From contig JAUVXV010000004.1 of assembly GCA_030603365.1 (NCBI GenBank), positions 32,001-96,000 on the forward strand: a stretch of DNA of 64,000 bases, in the 5' to 3' direction. The stretch's first letter is position 1; the number at the start of each line of letters is the position of its first letter. Shown here in pieces: positions 37,258-47,513 of the stretch. The notes under the pieces were generated by a model that was given only the letters and a program-made list of their open reading frames with translations, was not told the DNA's origin and did not search any database. Made by a program: the position numbers and the translations under genes. This DNA comes from Candidatus Heimdallarchaeota archaeon. Lineage in GTDB: Archaea; Asgardarchaeota; Heimdallarchaeia; Heimdallarchaeales; Heimdallarchaeaceae.

Positions 37258-37767
37258 ATGATGAACCAGTTCCTAAAAAAAGCTATCCTTAGACATTTGA
37301 AAGAGACAGAATTATTCTTTAAAAAGCTACATGAACAAGAGAATATCTTATTAGAGGAAATGATTGGTAAAGATACTATAAAACCAGATTCTTTGCTTTT
37401 TAAAACACCTACAGAAGGTATTCGACCTTTAGGGGAAGTACTTTTGCACATGATAAGATCTTTGGAATTTTACACAGTTGGAATAATGGATAATCATTGG
37501 GAAGCGTTATCTTATAATCTCTTGGAAATGAATACCATACCAGAAATAGTGAACTTATATGAACGCATAGTGCGAAAAATCGAAAATTATTTGACCAATC
37601 TATCTTTAGATAAATTGAATGAGTCAGTGATTAAGTTCAATCGCCCTGCTACTAAAGCTGAATTACTTCTAGAAATGCTTGAGCACAGTATTCATCATAG
37701 AGGACAGTTAAGTATTTATTTTCGGTTATTAGAAATTAAACCACCAACTATTGAATATATAATATGA
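37258..37767 (+). CDS. DinB/YfiT-like protein
   Basis: FK.P....R.LGE.L.H and HSIHHRGQL..Y.RLL...PP. Confidence 0.88.
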   Translation: MMNQFLKKAILRHLKETELFFKKLHEQENILLEEMIGKDTIKPDSLLFKTPTEGIRPLGEVLLHMIRSLEFYTVGIMDNHWEALSYNLLEMNTIPEIVNLYERIVRKIENYLTNLSLDKLNESVIKFNRPATKAELLLEMLEHSIHHRGQLSIYFRLLEIKPPTIEYII

Positions 37768-37792
37768 AAAAAGTGAAGACGATTAATCATCC

Positions 37793-38225
37793 TCATTGAA
37801 TATATATTGCTGGTCGAAAAGGTTCTGCTTGATGCTTCTTGGGAGAATCTGATTTTTCTGATAATATTACCTTAACTGTGGCTTTAGTTAGAGATTCTAT
37901 ATATTCCCGAGCGTTTTAAATTATTTCTAATTCTGTTTCTCCATCAAAGTAACAAACCAGTTTTTCTCTGCTTTTCAGTAGCTTCTTTGCATATTGTACA
38001 TCCAAATTGCCCTTTGCCCTGATATCTTCCTTTTCCATTATTCTTGGTAGAAGGTTTTCTTTGTCAGCTAAATAATCGTTAAGGATTTCTTCTTTCCAGT
38101 TGGGAGTAATAGTTATCTCAATTTCAGTAATCTTTTCAGTTTTTCTTATTTTAGCGATGTTATTTATGTCACTTAATGCTTTCAGTAAGTATTCTTCTTT
38201 TGCTTCAGCTAATGAATCAATTTCT
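37793..38225 (-). pseudogene. 3' fragment of archaeal leucyl-tRNA synthetase with internal stop
   Basis: Hand translation ..EIDSLAEAKEEYLLKALSDINNI...TPNWKE...ELEII*NAREYIE...PKKHQAEPFRPAIYIQ*; ending matches the archaeal LeuRS C-terminus (A.P.RPAIYI); TAA at 37916-37918; no 5' part. Confidence 0.78.
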
Positions 38226-39014
38226 GTTTCGTTTTAGAAAATCTAGAACAATTGAATTGAACATATCTGCTTTTGTTTCAAAGACATCATGGTCTGCAGC
38301 AGGAATAATGGCTAGTTCAGAATTTTCTATTAGTTGGTACACTTTTACCGCTTCCTGAACAGGGATTGCACTATCACGGTCACCTTGAACTATTAGAGTA
38401 GGAGTTGTTATTTTCTCTAATCTTTGTTGTGGAAATTCATCAGGATTTAACCACATTTTTGAGATGTCTGTCAACAGTTTCTTCCAATATTCGGAACCAT
38501 AAATCGCAGAATGTAATTTGGGTAACGCTTCTATAAAATTCTTCATTATTTTCTCCATCTGTTCGAAGTTCACTTCTCCTGGTCCTTCCAAACCCCAAGC
38601 TTTCATCCCTACAAAATAGTGATCTGAAACCTCACCTAAAACACCACCTGCAACCAAAGCTTTTGCAATAGTAGGAAAGTTGATACCTATTTCAAGTGCT
38701 ATCTGACCTCCATCGGACCAACCGCAGATGAATGGTTTTTCCAGATTTAATATTTCAATAAAATCAACTATATCCTTTGCCATTAATTTGTAACTAAACT
38801 CCCCAGTAGGATTATTTGTTCTTCCGTGTCCCCTACTGTCTGGTGCAATAACTCTAAAGTGCTTTGAGAAAAAATCAATTTGTTCTTTCCAATTGAATTC
38901 TGCTGTGGCTATACCTCCATGAAGTAAAATCAAAGGATATCCTTTTCCAACTTCTAGGTAATGCATCTTTAAATCTTTCAACTCAACATATTTACTTTGA
39001 TATGATTCTGTCAT
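38217..39014 (-). CDS. Alpha/beta hydrolase
   Basis: LLHGG, DSRGHG, GWSDGG nucleophile elbow, GDRD, H; start moved to MTESY. Confidence 0.92.
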   Translation of the reverse strand: MTESYQSKYVELKDLKMHYLEVGKGYPLILLHGGIATAEFNWKEQIDFFSKHFRVIAPDSRGHGRTNNPTGEFSYKLMAKDIVDFIEILNLEKPFICGWSDGGQIALEIGINFPTIAKALVAGGVLGEVSDHYFVGMKAWGLEGPGEVNFEQMEKIMKNFIEALPKLHSAIYGSEYWKKLLTDISKMWLNPDEFPQQRLEKITTPTLIVQGDRDSAIPVQEAVKVYQLIENSELAIIPAADHDVFETKADMFNSIVLDFLKRNRN

Positions 39015-39114
39015 TTTATACAACTCTCTCTTATAGAAGATATTGTGTGTTCTCATCTTTTTAAAAATAACGTGTAAAAAAATAATAAAAAAAATATTTA
39101 GGGATAATTTTTCT

Positions 39115-40365
39115 CTATTTTCCCCATAATTCAAGTGACTTTGCTAATTCTACGTGTTCTTTTGCATACTCTTCTAGTGAGATCCCCTTCAAAGTGGCAT
39201 CTAGGGCTTGTCTCATAGCCATAGCACCTTTGCGAGTACCATCAGGATGACCATGAATTCCTCCACCTGCTTGCAAAATAATATTGTTTCCACCATATTT
39301 AACTAAGTTTGGTATTTTAGCAGGATATAAACCACCTGAAGCAGTTGGAAAAACTTGTTTAAATTCATACATATTATTTAGCAAAGCATCCTTAAGTTTA
39401 AGTTCAAGATTCAAATCTGTATCCATTTTTCCTTGACCGTAAGAGCCAATATGTAATTGATCTCCTCCTGCCATTCGCACTATTTTTGCAATAGGTAGCA
39501 TAGAAATACCATGGAGTTGATTTCTAGTAAAAGCTGCGTGCATTGTACGATGAACATGTATAGGAAGTTTCACACCAGGATCCGCTGCCATTTGTGCAAG
39601 TTCTTGATAACCAGTCAATATGACATCAATCATTAAACACTTTGCACCATTATCAATAGCACTTTCTATTCTCCTCCACATTACATCGTGTTTTGCTGTG
39701 ATATTTACGGCATGAATGACGGTTCTTCCAGTTTCTTCTTTAACCAAATCCATTTTTTCTAGAACACTGACTGTACGATCTTCAATTGGACAAAAAGTTT
39801 GATTGGAAAGATTTTCATCATCTTTTATGAAGTCAACACCTCCAATCGCTGCATCATAGGCAACTTCAGCCCATTCTTTTGCAGTTAGTCCCATTTTTGG
39901 TTTAACAATTGTACCAACATGTGGGCGTCCAGGAAATTCACCTTTGTCTGTTCCTATAATTTTTCGAACGCCTTCAATACCAAATTTAGGTCCTGGGAAG
40001 TGTTCTGCAATACTTCTTGGGAATTCGACATCTAACCATCTGATATTGCGTAAAGCTCCTAATCCAAACAGATTTCCTGCAAGCATTGATAGAATGCTTG
40101 TAATTCCTGCTTCCATATCAAATGTTTCTAATTGAAAACCTATTGTTACTTCTCCACTTTGATAATTATCGTGGGTTTCAAAGATTTTCTTATCTAAAAC
40201 CTCCGCACGTAATTTAGCTACATGAGGTTTTCCCTCAGTTGTTCTTAAATCGGTCCATGTACCGACACTTTCTTCATCGCAGATTTCTTCTGCGGCTACA
40301 TCAACACTTTTTACGTGTTCCACATAATAACGTGCAACAAGTAATTCTTTATATTGTTCTGTCAT
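39115..40365 (-). CDS. rbcL: RuBisCO large subunit, form III-like
   Basis: ESVGTW, GNLFG, KPKMG, DFIKDDE, HVHR, H.G...GKM, SGG and GGG catalytic residues all present. Confidence 0.92.
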   Translation of the reverse strand: MTEQYKELLVARYYVEHVKSVDVAAEEICDEESVGTWTDLRTTEGKPHVAKLRAEVLDKKIFETHDNYQSGEVTIGFQLETFDMEAGITSILSMLAGNLFGLGALRNIRWLDVEFPRSIAEHFPGPKFGIEGVRKIIGTDKGEFPGRPHVGTIVKPKMGLTAKEWAEVAYDAAIGGVDFIKDDENLSNQTFCPIEDRTVSVLEKMDLVKEETGRTVIHAVNITAKHDVMWRRIESAIDNGAKCLMIDVILTGYQELAQMAADPGVKLPIHVHRTMHAAFTRNQLHGISMLPIAKIVRMAGGDQLHIGSYGQGKMDTDLNLELKLKDALLNNMYEFKQVFPTASGGLYPAKIPNLVKYGGNNIILQAGGGIHGHPDGTRKGAMAMRQALDATLKGISLEEYAKEHVELAKSLELWGK

Positions 40366-40391
40366 AATTATACCTCATATTTTAATCGTAA

Positions 40392-41330
40392 TTAATCCAT
40401 TTCATCATTCATAATCATGAATGGATATTCTTGTTTAACAATTAGATAAACTACTGTTGGTGAAAAAACTCCTGCTTCAGATATGATACCATCAATAAGA
40501 TCATGTGATACAGTCTCAAAAGCTGGGTTTAGGAAATTAAGCCCTTCTGGGGCATCTTCCCATATTTCTTTGCTCTCTCGCATTTCTATTTCGGAAAGTT
40601 TTCCTATACTTGTTTCTGGATCATATTTTAGGAGATTGATTGCAGAATAGAAAGGAACATCCATTTCACGAGCTGCTAATGCTAACAATCTTGTACCTAT
40701 TTTATTTATTACTGTACCTTGGCTAGTAATAGAATCTGCTCCAGTGATAATTATATCAACATCATGTCTGTTGATTACCCATCTCATAGCACTATCAACA
40801 ACTTGAGTTGTGGTAATCCCTGCATCTACTAATTCTTTTGCAGTAATACGTCCTTGATAACGAGGGCGGGTTTCTGTACAGAAAACTTCAATGTCTTTAC
40901 CTTGACGATGAGCCTCTAGAATTATTCCAGTAGACAGAGATGAATGACAATGTGTCATAATGGTACTCCCTTTTTTTATTCGATGAGCCCCATATTGGAT
41001 AACTTTCCGTTTTGATTCTTTTAGTAAATGAATATATTCTTCTGCAAAGGATTTTACTACTTCCCTTGCTTCTTGTATAGTAGATGCTTTATCGTGAAGA
41101 TTGTAGACAATGTATCTTAAACCATTTCTTAATGCAGGTTCAGTAGCTCTAGCTGTTGCTAAAGCTTGGCGAGCTTCAGCAAGTTTTTCAAACATTTTTT
41201 CTGTAGAAGCAACTTCAAGACGTTCTGCTAAAGAAGAAAATGCATAAACACCCTCAATAGCTATGTTTGTTGCACCTTGAATTTTAAGTGAGCGAATATC
41301 ATCTACAACTTGAATAAATGTTGAATCCAA
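40392..41330 (-). CDS. Ribose-1,5-bisphosphate isomerase (eIF2B-like)
   Basis: IQGATNIA, R.TEP, THCHS, ETRPRYQG, GAD, NKIGT, NPAFE; adjacent to RuBisCO; start at TTG 41330 after GGTGA. Confidence 0.9.
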   Translation of the reverse strand: MDSTFIQVVDDIRSLKIQGATNIAIEGVYAFSSLAERLEVASTEKMFEKLAEARQALATARATEPALRNGLRYIVYNLHDKASTIQEAREVVKSFAEEYIHLLKESKRKVIQYGAHRIKKGSTIMTHCHSSLSTGIILEAHRQGKDIEVFCTETRPRYQGRITAKELVDAGITTTQVVDSAMRWVINRHDVDIIITGADSITSQGTVINKIGTRLLALAAREMDVPFYSAINLLKYDPETSIGKLSEIEMRESKEIWEDAPEGLNFLNPAFETVSHDLIDGIISEAGVFSPTVVYLIVKQEYPFMIMNDEMD

Positions 41331-41492
41331 ATAAATCACCAATAGACAGTTAAAGACAATAGAACGAACCATAATAAAGAATTGTGGTTATAACACTTTT
41401 TCGTATGGAAAATTTTAATGAATTAAATTCCATAAAATATTGCGAATGGGACAAAGTAACCGATTGTTAGAAAAAAACTATTAGTAAAAAAG

Positions 41493-41627
41493 TGGTGGGG
41501 CACGACGGATTCGAACCATCGACCAATTGGTCTCTCAGTTTTGACTCTTACAAAAAATATGAGCCAACCGCCTCCTAGTAAGTGGCACGCAACCACTTTA
41601 CTTCTAACCGAGCTGAGCTAGTGCCCC
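41493..41627 (-). tRNA. tRNA with CAT anticodon (probably Ile2, possibly elongator Met) with two introns: 23/24 (41602-41572) and 37/38 (41557-41532)
   Basis: Removing both introns gives GGGGCAC TA GCTC AGCTCGGTTA GAGC G GTTGG CTCATAA CCAAT TGGTC GATGG TTCGAAT CCGTC GTGCCCC A CCA; BHB-like motifs at both introns. Confidence 0.85.
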
Positions 41628-41764
41628 TTGTTATACTATATTGCCACATGCTTCTTATTTTAAGTTTTTTCTTCGCTTCTAAAAATATTCTACATGAATG
41701 TTTTTTTGAATTCATTCTTTGTTTAAAACAACCTTATAACCAAGGATCCTATATAGCTGTTAAA

Positions 41765-42103
41765 TCATTGTATCTTTTCATCGCTTTTTGGTCCTGAAAT
41801 AATAGGATTTACATATTTTACTATAGATTCAGATAAAGTATTTATTTCACCGGTTGAAAATTTTTCTCCTCGTTTTTTAGAACAACCATTACATAATCCC
41901 GCAGGTAACACTACTTTAGAGACTAAATCTTTTTTTTCTCTACTTCTACATCTACCACATAAAGGTTTTGCGCATTCTTCGCATGTAAACCTTGCTGTAG
42001 CTCCACAATTTAAACAAAATAGCACTATCTCTTCGTTCTTTTCACCTATAATTATCACAGTAGTTATAGGATTCTCAAGTATTAAACCCCAACACTTTTC
42101 CAT
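41765..42103 (-). CDS. Small Cys-rich zinc-finger protein
   Basis: CLNC..ARFTCEEC.KPLCGRC...CNGC; true start probably downstream. Confidence 0.6.
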   Translation of the reverse strand: MEKCWGLILENPITTVIIIGEKNEEIVLFCLNCGATARFTCEECAKPLCGRCRSREKKDLVSKVVLPAGLCNGCSKKRGEKFSTGEINTLSESIVKYVNPIISGPKSDEKIQ

Positions 42104-42113
42104 AACAGTAAAT

Positions 42114-42977
42114 TTATTGCTCTAGTAGAAAGTCAGCTTCTTCTGCATTAAATGAACTTCTAACAAATGGTGCTGATGCAACAAATTGAAAACCTATATC
42201 ATATGCTTTTTCTTCATATTCCTTGAATAAATCAGGATGAACATATTCTTCAATTTCTAAATCAGAGCTTGGAGGTTTAAGATACTGTCCTATTGTTAGA
42301 ATATCACAATTTACTTCTCGTAAATCTTTCATCACTTCGAGAACTTCTTCTTTTGTTTCTCCCAATCCTACCATTAAACCTGATTTAGTGTATATTTCCG
42401 AATCCATCTCCTTTACAATCTTAAGTAAATTCAATGAAGTTTTGTAGTTGGCTTGTGGTGTAACTTTTCTAAATAATCGAGGAACAACTTCTACGTTGTG
42501 GTTGATTATATCTGGTTTTACTTCAACTATGGTTCTAATGTCTTCCTCTTTCCCCTTTAAGTCTGGTATAAGTAGTTCTATTATCAATTTCTCATTATAC
42601 TCCCTTAATTTGCGAGTAATTCCAGCAAAATGTGCAGCTCCTCCATCCTTAAGATCATCTCTTGTGACTGAGGTGATTACTACATGTTTCAAACCAAGTT
42701 TTTTTGCTGCTTCTACTAAACGGTCTGGTTCTTGTTGATCTAGAGGATTAGGTCTTCCAAAATTAATGTCACAGAATTTGCAGTTTCGAGTACAAATGTC
42801 CCCCATAACAAGAAAAGTTGCAGTTTTTTTTTCAAAACACTTTCCAATATTGGGACACATTGATTCCTCGCAAACAGTGTGAAGTTCTAGTTTTCTAAGA
42901 AGTTGCTGTACTTCACTTATTTTTTCTCTATCCATTCTTCCAATTCTTAGCCATTCGGGTTTTCGAAGTCTAGGCAT
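42114..42977 (-). CDS. lipA: Lipoyl synthase
   Basis: CEESMCPNIGKC, CTRNCKFC, RSSF. Confidence 0.97.
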   Translation of the reverse strand: MPRLRKPEWLRIGRMDREKISEVQQLLRKLELHTVCEESMCPNIGKCFEKKTATFLVMGDICTRNCKFCDINFGRPNPLDQQEPDRLVEAAKKLGLKHVVITSVTRDDLKDGGAAHFAGITRKLREYNEKLIIELLIPDLKGKEEDIRTIVEVKPDIINHNVEVVPRLFRKVTPQANYKTSLNLLKIVKEMDSEIYTKSGLMVGLGETKEEVLEVMKDLREVNCDILTIGQYLKPPSSDLEIEEYVHPDLFKEYEEKAYDIGFQFVASAPFVRSSFNAEEADFLLEQ

Positions 42978-43674
42978 TTTCTTTTATCCTCTTTTCTAAT
43001 TCTTCTTCTGTTATTTTCTTCAATCTCATTTCGAAGATAGTTTCAAACAATTGTTCAAATGTGCTATAAACTTCCTTTATATCTAGTTTTTTACCAAGTA
43101 CTTTTTCCATAGAAATAGGCTCATATTGAGTGATTCCACAAGGAACAATCAAGCGAAAATGATCCATATTAGTATTCACATTTAATGCTAGACCATGAGA
43201 TGAAATCATTTTTGAAGCTCTAGCTCCAATAGCAGCTATTTTCCATGTTCTACCTTGATGATCTAACCAAACACCAGGATATCCTTCTTTTCTCCATCCT
43301 TCTATTCCATATGTCCTTAGCAATTTGATGAGAGTTTCTTCCATTTTCCAAACAAATTGATCGACGCTTATATTTAATTTTGCGAGATTTAAGAGTAAAT
43401 ATCCAACCATCTGTCCAGGTCCGTGATACGTAATTTCTCCACCTCTCCTTACATCTACTACATCGATTCCCTCGCTTTCAAGTATTTGTTCGGTTGCTAA
43501 AATGTCCTCTCTAGACCCTTTCTTGCCTACAGTAAATACTGGATTGTGTTGCAGAACTAGTAGGAAATTATCGAACTTTCTTTCGTTCTCTTTGATGGCT
43601 CGTATTCTTTGCTGTAAATCTAGAGAATATCGATATTCGAGTTGGTTATATTCTACAAGGAAGCATTTTCTCAT
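42970..43674 (-). CDS. lipB: Octanoyltransferase
   Basis: HNPVFTVG, RGGEITYHGPGQ, KIAAIG, HGLALN, IVPCG. Confidence 0.96.
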   Translation of the reverse strand: MRKCFLVEYNQLEYRYSLDLQQRIRAIKENERKFDNFLLVLQHNPVFTVGKKGSREDILATEQILESEGIDVVDVRRGGEITYHGPGQMVGYLLLNLAKLNISVDQFVWKMEETLIKLLRTYGIEGWRKEGYPGVWLDHQGRTWKIAAIGARASKMISSHGLALNVNTNMDHFRLIVPCGITQYEPISMEKVLGKKLDIKEVYSTFEQLFETIFEMRLKKITEEELEKRIKENA

Positions 43675-43739
43675 TATCTTCTGTTTTTTAGTGTATTTTT
43701 AGCAATTGTGGTTTGTAAGTTTTATATTAATTAGTAAAG

Positions 43740-44516
43740 TTGAAAAGCAACCATGTTACATTTAGTAATTGGTTATATATGGCGAAGTTCCTGACAATTT
43801 TATTAGCTGAAGCATCTATAGAACCCTTCCCTGAAGAATGGATAAAAGATATTAAAGTTAGAAACTATTTTTCGAAAAATAAGAAGCATCCATCTGAAGT
43901 GATGTTGGATTCAAGTTATCATAAACATCTTCTAACTGATTTACCTGATATTGAAAAAAGAGGAAGACCTGATATAGTCCACTTTACACTTTTATCTTGT
44001 TTTGGATCCATTCTTGCGAGAGAAAATAGGTTGCAAGTAATAATACACACTTACAATGACGACATAATCTATTTGCACCCTGAAATAAGATTACCCAAAA
44101 ACGTTGATAGATTTAATGGTTTATTTTTGCAATTGTTCAAGGATAAGAAAGTTCCTCCTGAAGGAAATGAAACACTAATGTCTCTTGAAAAGGGTAATCT
44201 GACCGAACTTTTACAAGATTTACGCCAAAAGCATGATCTAATTATTGAATTTAGTGTGAAAGGAGATCAGTTGTCCACCTCAGAATATTCAACAACAATT
44301 TTTAATGCTGTAAATCCTCTTCTGATATTTGGTGCTTTTCCCCATGGAGAAATTTCTCCAATACCTGAAGGGTTGGTTGATAGGAAACTGGGGATATATG
44401 AAGAAGGTCTAGACCTTTTTGCTGTAATATCACAAATTCTTGCTAGTCAACATATGCTTGAAGAAGATAAACTTACGGAAACAAGCAGTGAAGATAAAAG
44501 TGTTTCTTGGGGGTAA
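43740..44516 (+). CDS. nep1: rRNA pseudouridine methyltransferase Nep1/Emg1
   Basis: LDSSYH, KRGRPDIVH, RLPKN..RF.GL..QLF, GAFPHG. Confidence 0.92.
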   Translation: MKSNHVTFSNWLYMAKFLTILLAEASIEPFPEEWIKDIKVRNYFSKNKKHPSEVMLDSSYHKHLLTDLPDIEKRGRPDIVHFTLLSCFGSILARENRLQVIIHTYNDDIIYLHPEIRLPKNVDRFNGLFLQLFKDKKVPPEGNETLMSLEKGNLTELLQDLRQKHDLIIEFSVKGDQLSTSEYSTTIFNAVNPLLIFGAFPHGEISPIPEGLVDRKLGIYEEGLDLFAVISQILASQHMLEEDKLTETSSEDKSVSWG

Positions 44517-44592
44517 AATAGACCCATATGACCAAAAACCTCTAACTTCCTAACGACATATTTAAATTACATCTTCAAGTCGCTCAATTTAG

Positions 44593-46719
44593 GTGAAAGT
44601 ACTGCCATTAGCTAAATTAGATAAATTACTTCATCCGGAAAGTGTTGCAATAATAGGAGCTAGCCCTGATAAAAAGAAAGTAGGTTATGCTGCTTTAAGA
44701 AATATGGTTCTAAGCGGATTCAAAGGTAGACTTTATGCTATAAATCCTAAAGCAGAACAATATGGCGAGATAGAGGGAGTAAAAGTTTATGCTAGTATAA
44801 ATGAAATTGATGATTACATTGATTTAGCAGTTGTTTGCATTCCTGCAAGATTTATTCCATCGTTAATGGAAGAACTTGGTAAAAAAGGCGTTAAATATGC
44901 CGCAATAATTACAGCTGGTTTTAAAGAAACAGGGGAAGAAGGAGCTAAATTAGAAAAAAAACTAGTCGAAATAGCTCAGAAATATGGGATAAGGATTGTT
45001 GGTCCAAATATTTTGGGTGTAGTTGATACTTCTGCCCCAATGAATGCAAGCTTTGCAGAACGTTCTCCAATTAAAGGAGAAGTTGCGTTCCTTAGCCAAA
45101 GTGGGGCATTATTAACAGGAATCCTAGATTGGAGTTGTGCAGAAGGTATAGGTTATTCAAGTTTTGTTTCTCTTGGAAACAAAGCTGATTTGGATGAAAC
45201 AGATTTCATAGAAGCATTAGCAGAAGATGAACATACCTTAGCGATACTCATATATCTCGAAAGTATAAGCAGAGGAACTGAATTCATCAAGGTGTGCAAA
45301 GAAGTTACTCGAAAAAAACCAGTAATTGTAATAAAAGCTGGTAGATCAGAAGCTGGTTCAAAAGCAGCTTCTTCTCATACAGGCAGTATGACAGGTGCCG
45401 ATACAACTTACGATGTTGCCTTTGAAAAGGGTGGTGTAATTAGAGCAGAAAATGCTCAAGAGCTCTTTGATATGGCGTTTGCTTTTAGTTTCATGCCCAT
45501 TCCTAAAGGAAACAAAATAGTTATAATTACCAATGCTGGAGGTCCTGGAATATTAGCGACAGATGCAGCAGAAAAGTATGATCTTGAGTTAGCAACTCTA
45601 TCTGCTGAATTTAAAAATGAACTCAAATCTTTTCTACCACCAGCTGCTAATTTTAACAATCCTATTGATGCTCTAGGGACAGCATTAGCTGATGACTATG
45701 GACGTATTTTAGAAATGTCTCTGATTGACGAAAATGTCGATGGAGTAATCATTATTCTTACACCACAAGCAATGACTGAGGGCAAAGAAACAGCAGCGAA
45801 GATAATTGAAATACGTAACAAATATCCTGACAAACCTATTGTTACCATATTCATCGGTGGAGAGATACTGGGACCTGATATATATCACTTAAAAAAGAAT
45901 AAAATACCTTGTTTTCCACTCCCAGAACGGGGTGTAAGAGCAATGGCTGCTCTAGCTGAATACAATCGAATTAGAAATAGACCTATTGATGATACAATAC
46001 CAGATTTAGAACGAGATAAAGAAACAGTCAAGACTATACTTGAAAAGGTTAAACTAGAAAAAAGAAACAATCTACTAGGAGCAGAAGCAATAGAGGTCGC
46101 TAAAGCATATGGTATTTATGCTCCTATAACTAAACTTGCACACTCAGCCGAACAAGCAGCAACATTAGCTGAAGAGATAGGCTTTCCTGTTGTTATGAAA
46201 ATAACAAGCCCAGATATAGTTCACAAAACCGATATTGGTGGTGTTCGTCTCAACATTAAGAGTAAGGAAGAAGCAGCTACAATTTATGAAGAGATTATAA
46301 AAGTCGCAAGAAAACACTATCCAAATACAAAACTTCTAGCAGTCGATGTACAAAAGATGGAGAAGGTGGGAAAAGAGCTAATAGTTGGTTCAATGAAAGA
46401 TTCACAGTTTGGATCATTAGTAATGGTAGGATTGGGGGGAATTTATACAAATTTCTTGAAGGACGTAGCTTTTGGTTTAGCACCACTTACAGAATCAGAA
46501 GCTGCTAAATTACTGAAACGTACTAAGGTATATACACTTCTCAAAGGTGTAAGAGGAGAACCACCATCTGATATCGATGCTGTGAATGATACATTGCTAA
46601 GAGTTTCCTTACTAGTACATGACTTCCCACAGATTAAAGAGTTAGATATCAACCCCTTCTTTGTATATGAAGATGGTAAAGGTGTTTCAGCTCTTGATGT
46701 AAAAATAACTATTGAGTAA
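44593..46719 (+). CDS. Acetate-CoA ligase (ADP-forming), fused alpha/beta
   Basis: IIGAS, GPN.LG, SQSGA, SHTG, NAGG, NPID, HKTDIGGV, ELDINP. Confidence 0.93.
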   Translation: MKVLPLAKLDKLLHPESVAIIGASPDKKKVGYAALRNMVLSGFKGRLYAINPKAEQYGEIEGVKVYASINEIDDYIDLAVVCIPARFIPSLMEELGKKGVKYAAIITAGFKETGEEGAKLEKKLVEIAQKYGIRIVGPNILGVVDTSAPMNASFAERSPIKGEVAFLSQSGALLTGILDWSCAEGIGYSSFVSLGNKADLDETDFIEALAEDEHTLAILIYLESISRGTEFIKVCKEVTRKKPVIVIKAGRSEAGSKAASSHTGSMTGADTTYDVAFEKGGVIRAENAQELFDMAFAFSFMPIPKGNKIVIITNAGGPGILATDAAEKYDLELATLSAEFKNELKSFLPPAANFNNPIDALGTALADDYGRILEMSLIDENVDGVIIILTPQAMTEGKETAAKIIEIRNKYPDKPIVTIFIGGEILGPDIYHLKKNKIPCFPLPERGVRAMAALAEYNRIRNRPIDDTIPDLERDKETVKTILEKVKLEKRNNLLGAEAIEVAKAYGIYAPITKLAHSAEQAATLAEEIGFPVVMKITSPDIVHKTDIGGVRLNIKSKEEAATIYEEIIKVARKHYPNTKLLAVDVQKMEKVGKELIVGSMKDSQFGSLVMVGLGGIYTNFLKDVAFGLAPLTESEAAKLLKRTKVYTLLKGVRGEPPSDIDAVNDTLLRVSLLVHDFPQIKELDINPFFVYEDGKGVSALDVKITIE

Positions 46720-46901
46720 CTTTTGTTACTCTCTATTATTGTATTATCATTGTATTATATTTGTAATTCTACTTTTTTACTTTCTTCGTTTAAGGGGTTC
46801 TAAGAGCTCTATTCAGACTTAAGGTTAAGAATACGATTTTATAATAATATTTAATGAAATTTAGAAGGTAGTAGAATTCTAGAATAACTACACGGTATTA
46901 C

Positions 46902-47513
46902 TTAATCATGTTTTTCTTTTACACCTTCAAAGACAACAAAACCTGTTTTTAGTTTCTCAGCTTCTTCTTCTGATAATTTTATAGTCTCTAATTTTGTAAC
47001 ATCTGCAGGAATTATTGTTGAATTTCCAAAGGGGTCTTCAACAATAATATCAATTGGTTTATTATTTTCTATGTATTCGTCTAGCATAGTAATATAATCC
47101 ATAATTTTTTTTCTCTCTTCTTGGGTTTCAGCATCGCTTAGCAGAAATTTTACTTTGCCTTGAATATCTCTAAGTATCCCTTCTATATTATTGATGAAAC
47201 CAACAGCATTTGGTCCTGGTTCTATTATCGCTTCAATTTGTGGGAACCTAATAGTACCATTTGCAGCCCTTACAATCTTAGTTGTGTAATCTTCTTTGTT
47301 TTCAGCATGATATATGTACCTAAAAGGATCTTTGATTGAAAGATTAATGAAATCATTATACTTGTAATGGCAATCAGAACATGACAAGTTAAAAAACCAC
47401 ATCTGAGGAAAATGAGGTAAATCCATGATTTTCTGAATAACTTTTGTATTATTACTTTCACAAACTGGACAGGGGGTTTTCATCATATCAAGATCTAAAT
47501 CTTCTGATGCCAT
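46902..47513 (-). CDS. ZPR1-like zinc finger protein
   Basis: CPVC...C..C.YK, IEPG...GFI.NIEG, EDPFGNS. Confidence 0.92.
   Translation of the reverse strand: MASEDLDLDMMKTPCPVCESNNTKVIQKIMDLPHFPQMWFFNLSCSDCHYKYNDFINLSIKDPFRYIYHAENKEDYTTKIVRAANGTIRFPQIEAIIEPGPNAVGFINNIEGILRDIQGKVKFLLSDAETQEERKKIMDYITMLDEYIENNKPIDIIVEDPFGNSTIIPADVTKLETIKLSEEEAEKLKTGFVVFEGVKEKHD

Noticed and set aside
37916-37918. Internal stops in the leuS and NimA-like frames as possible recoding
   Set aside because: Both are TAA, not TGA/TAG, and both frames also lack 5' ends, so decay is simpler.
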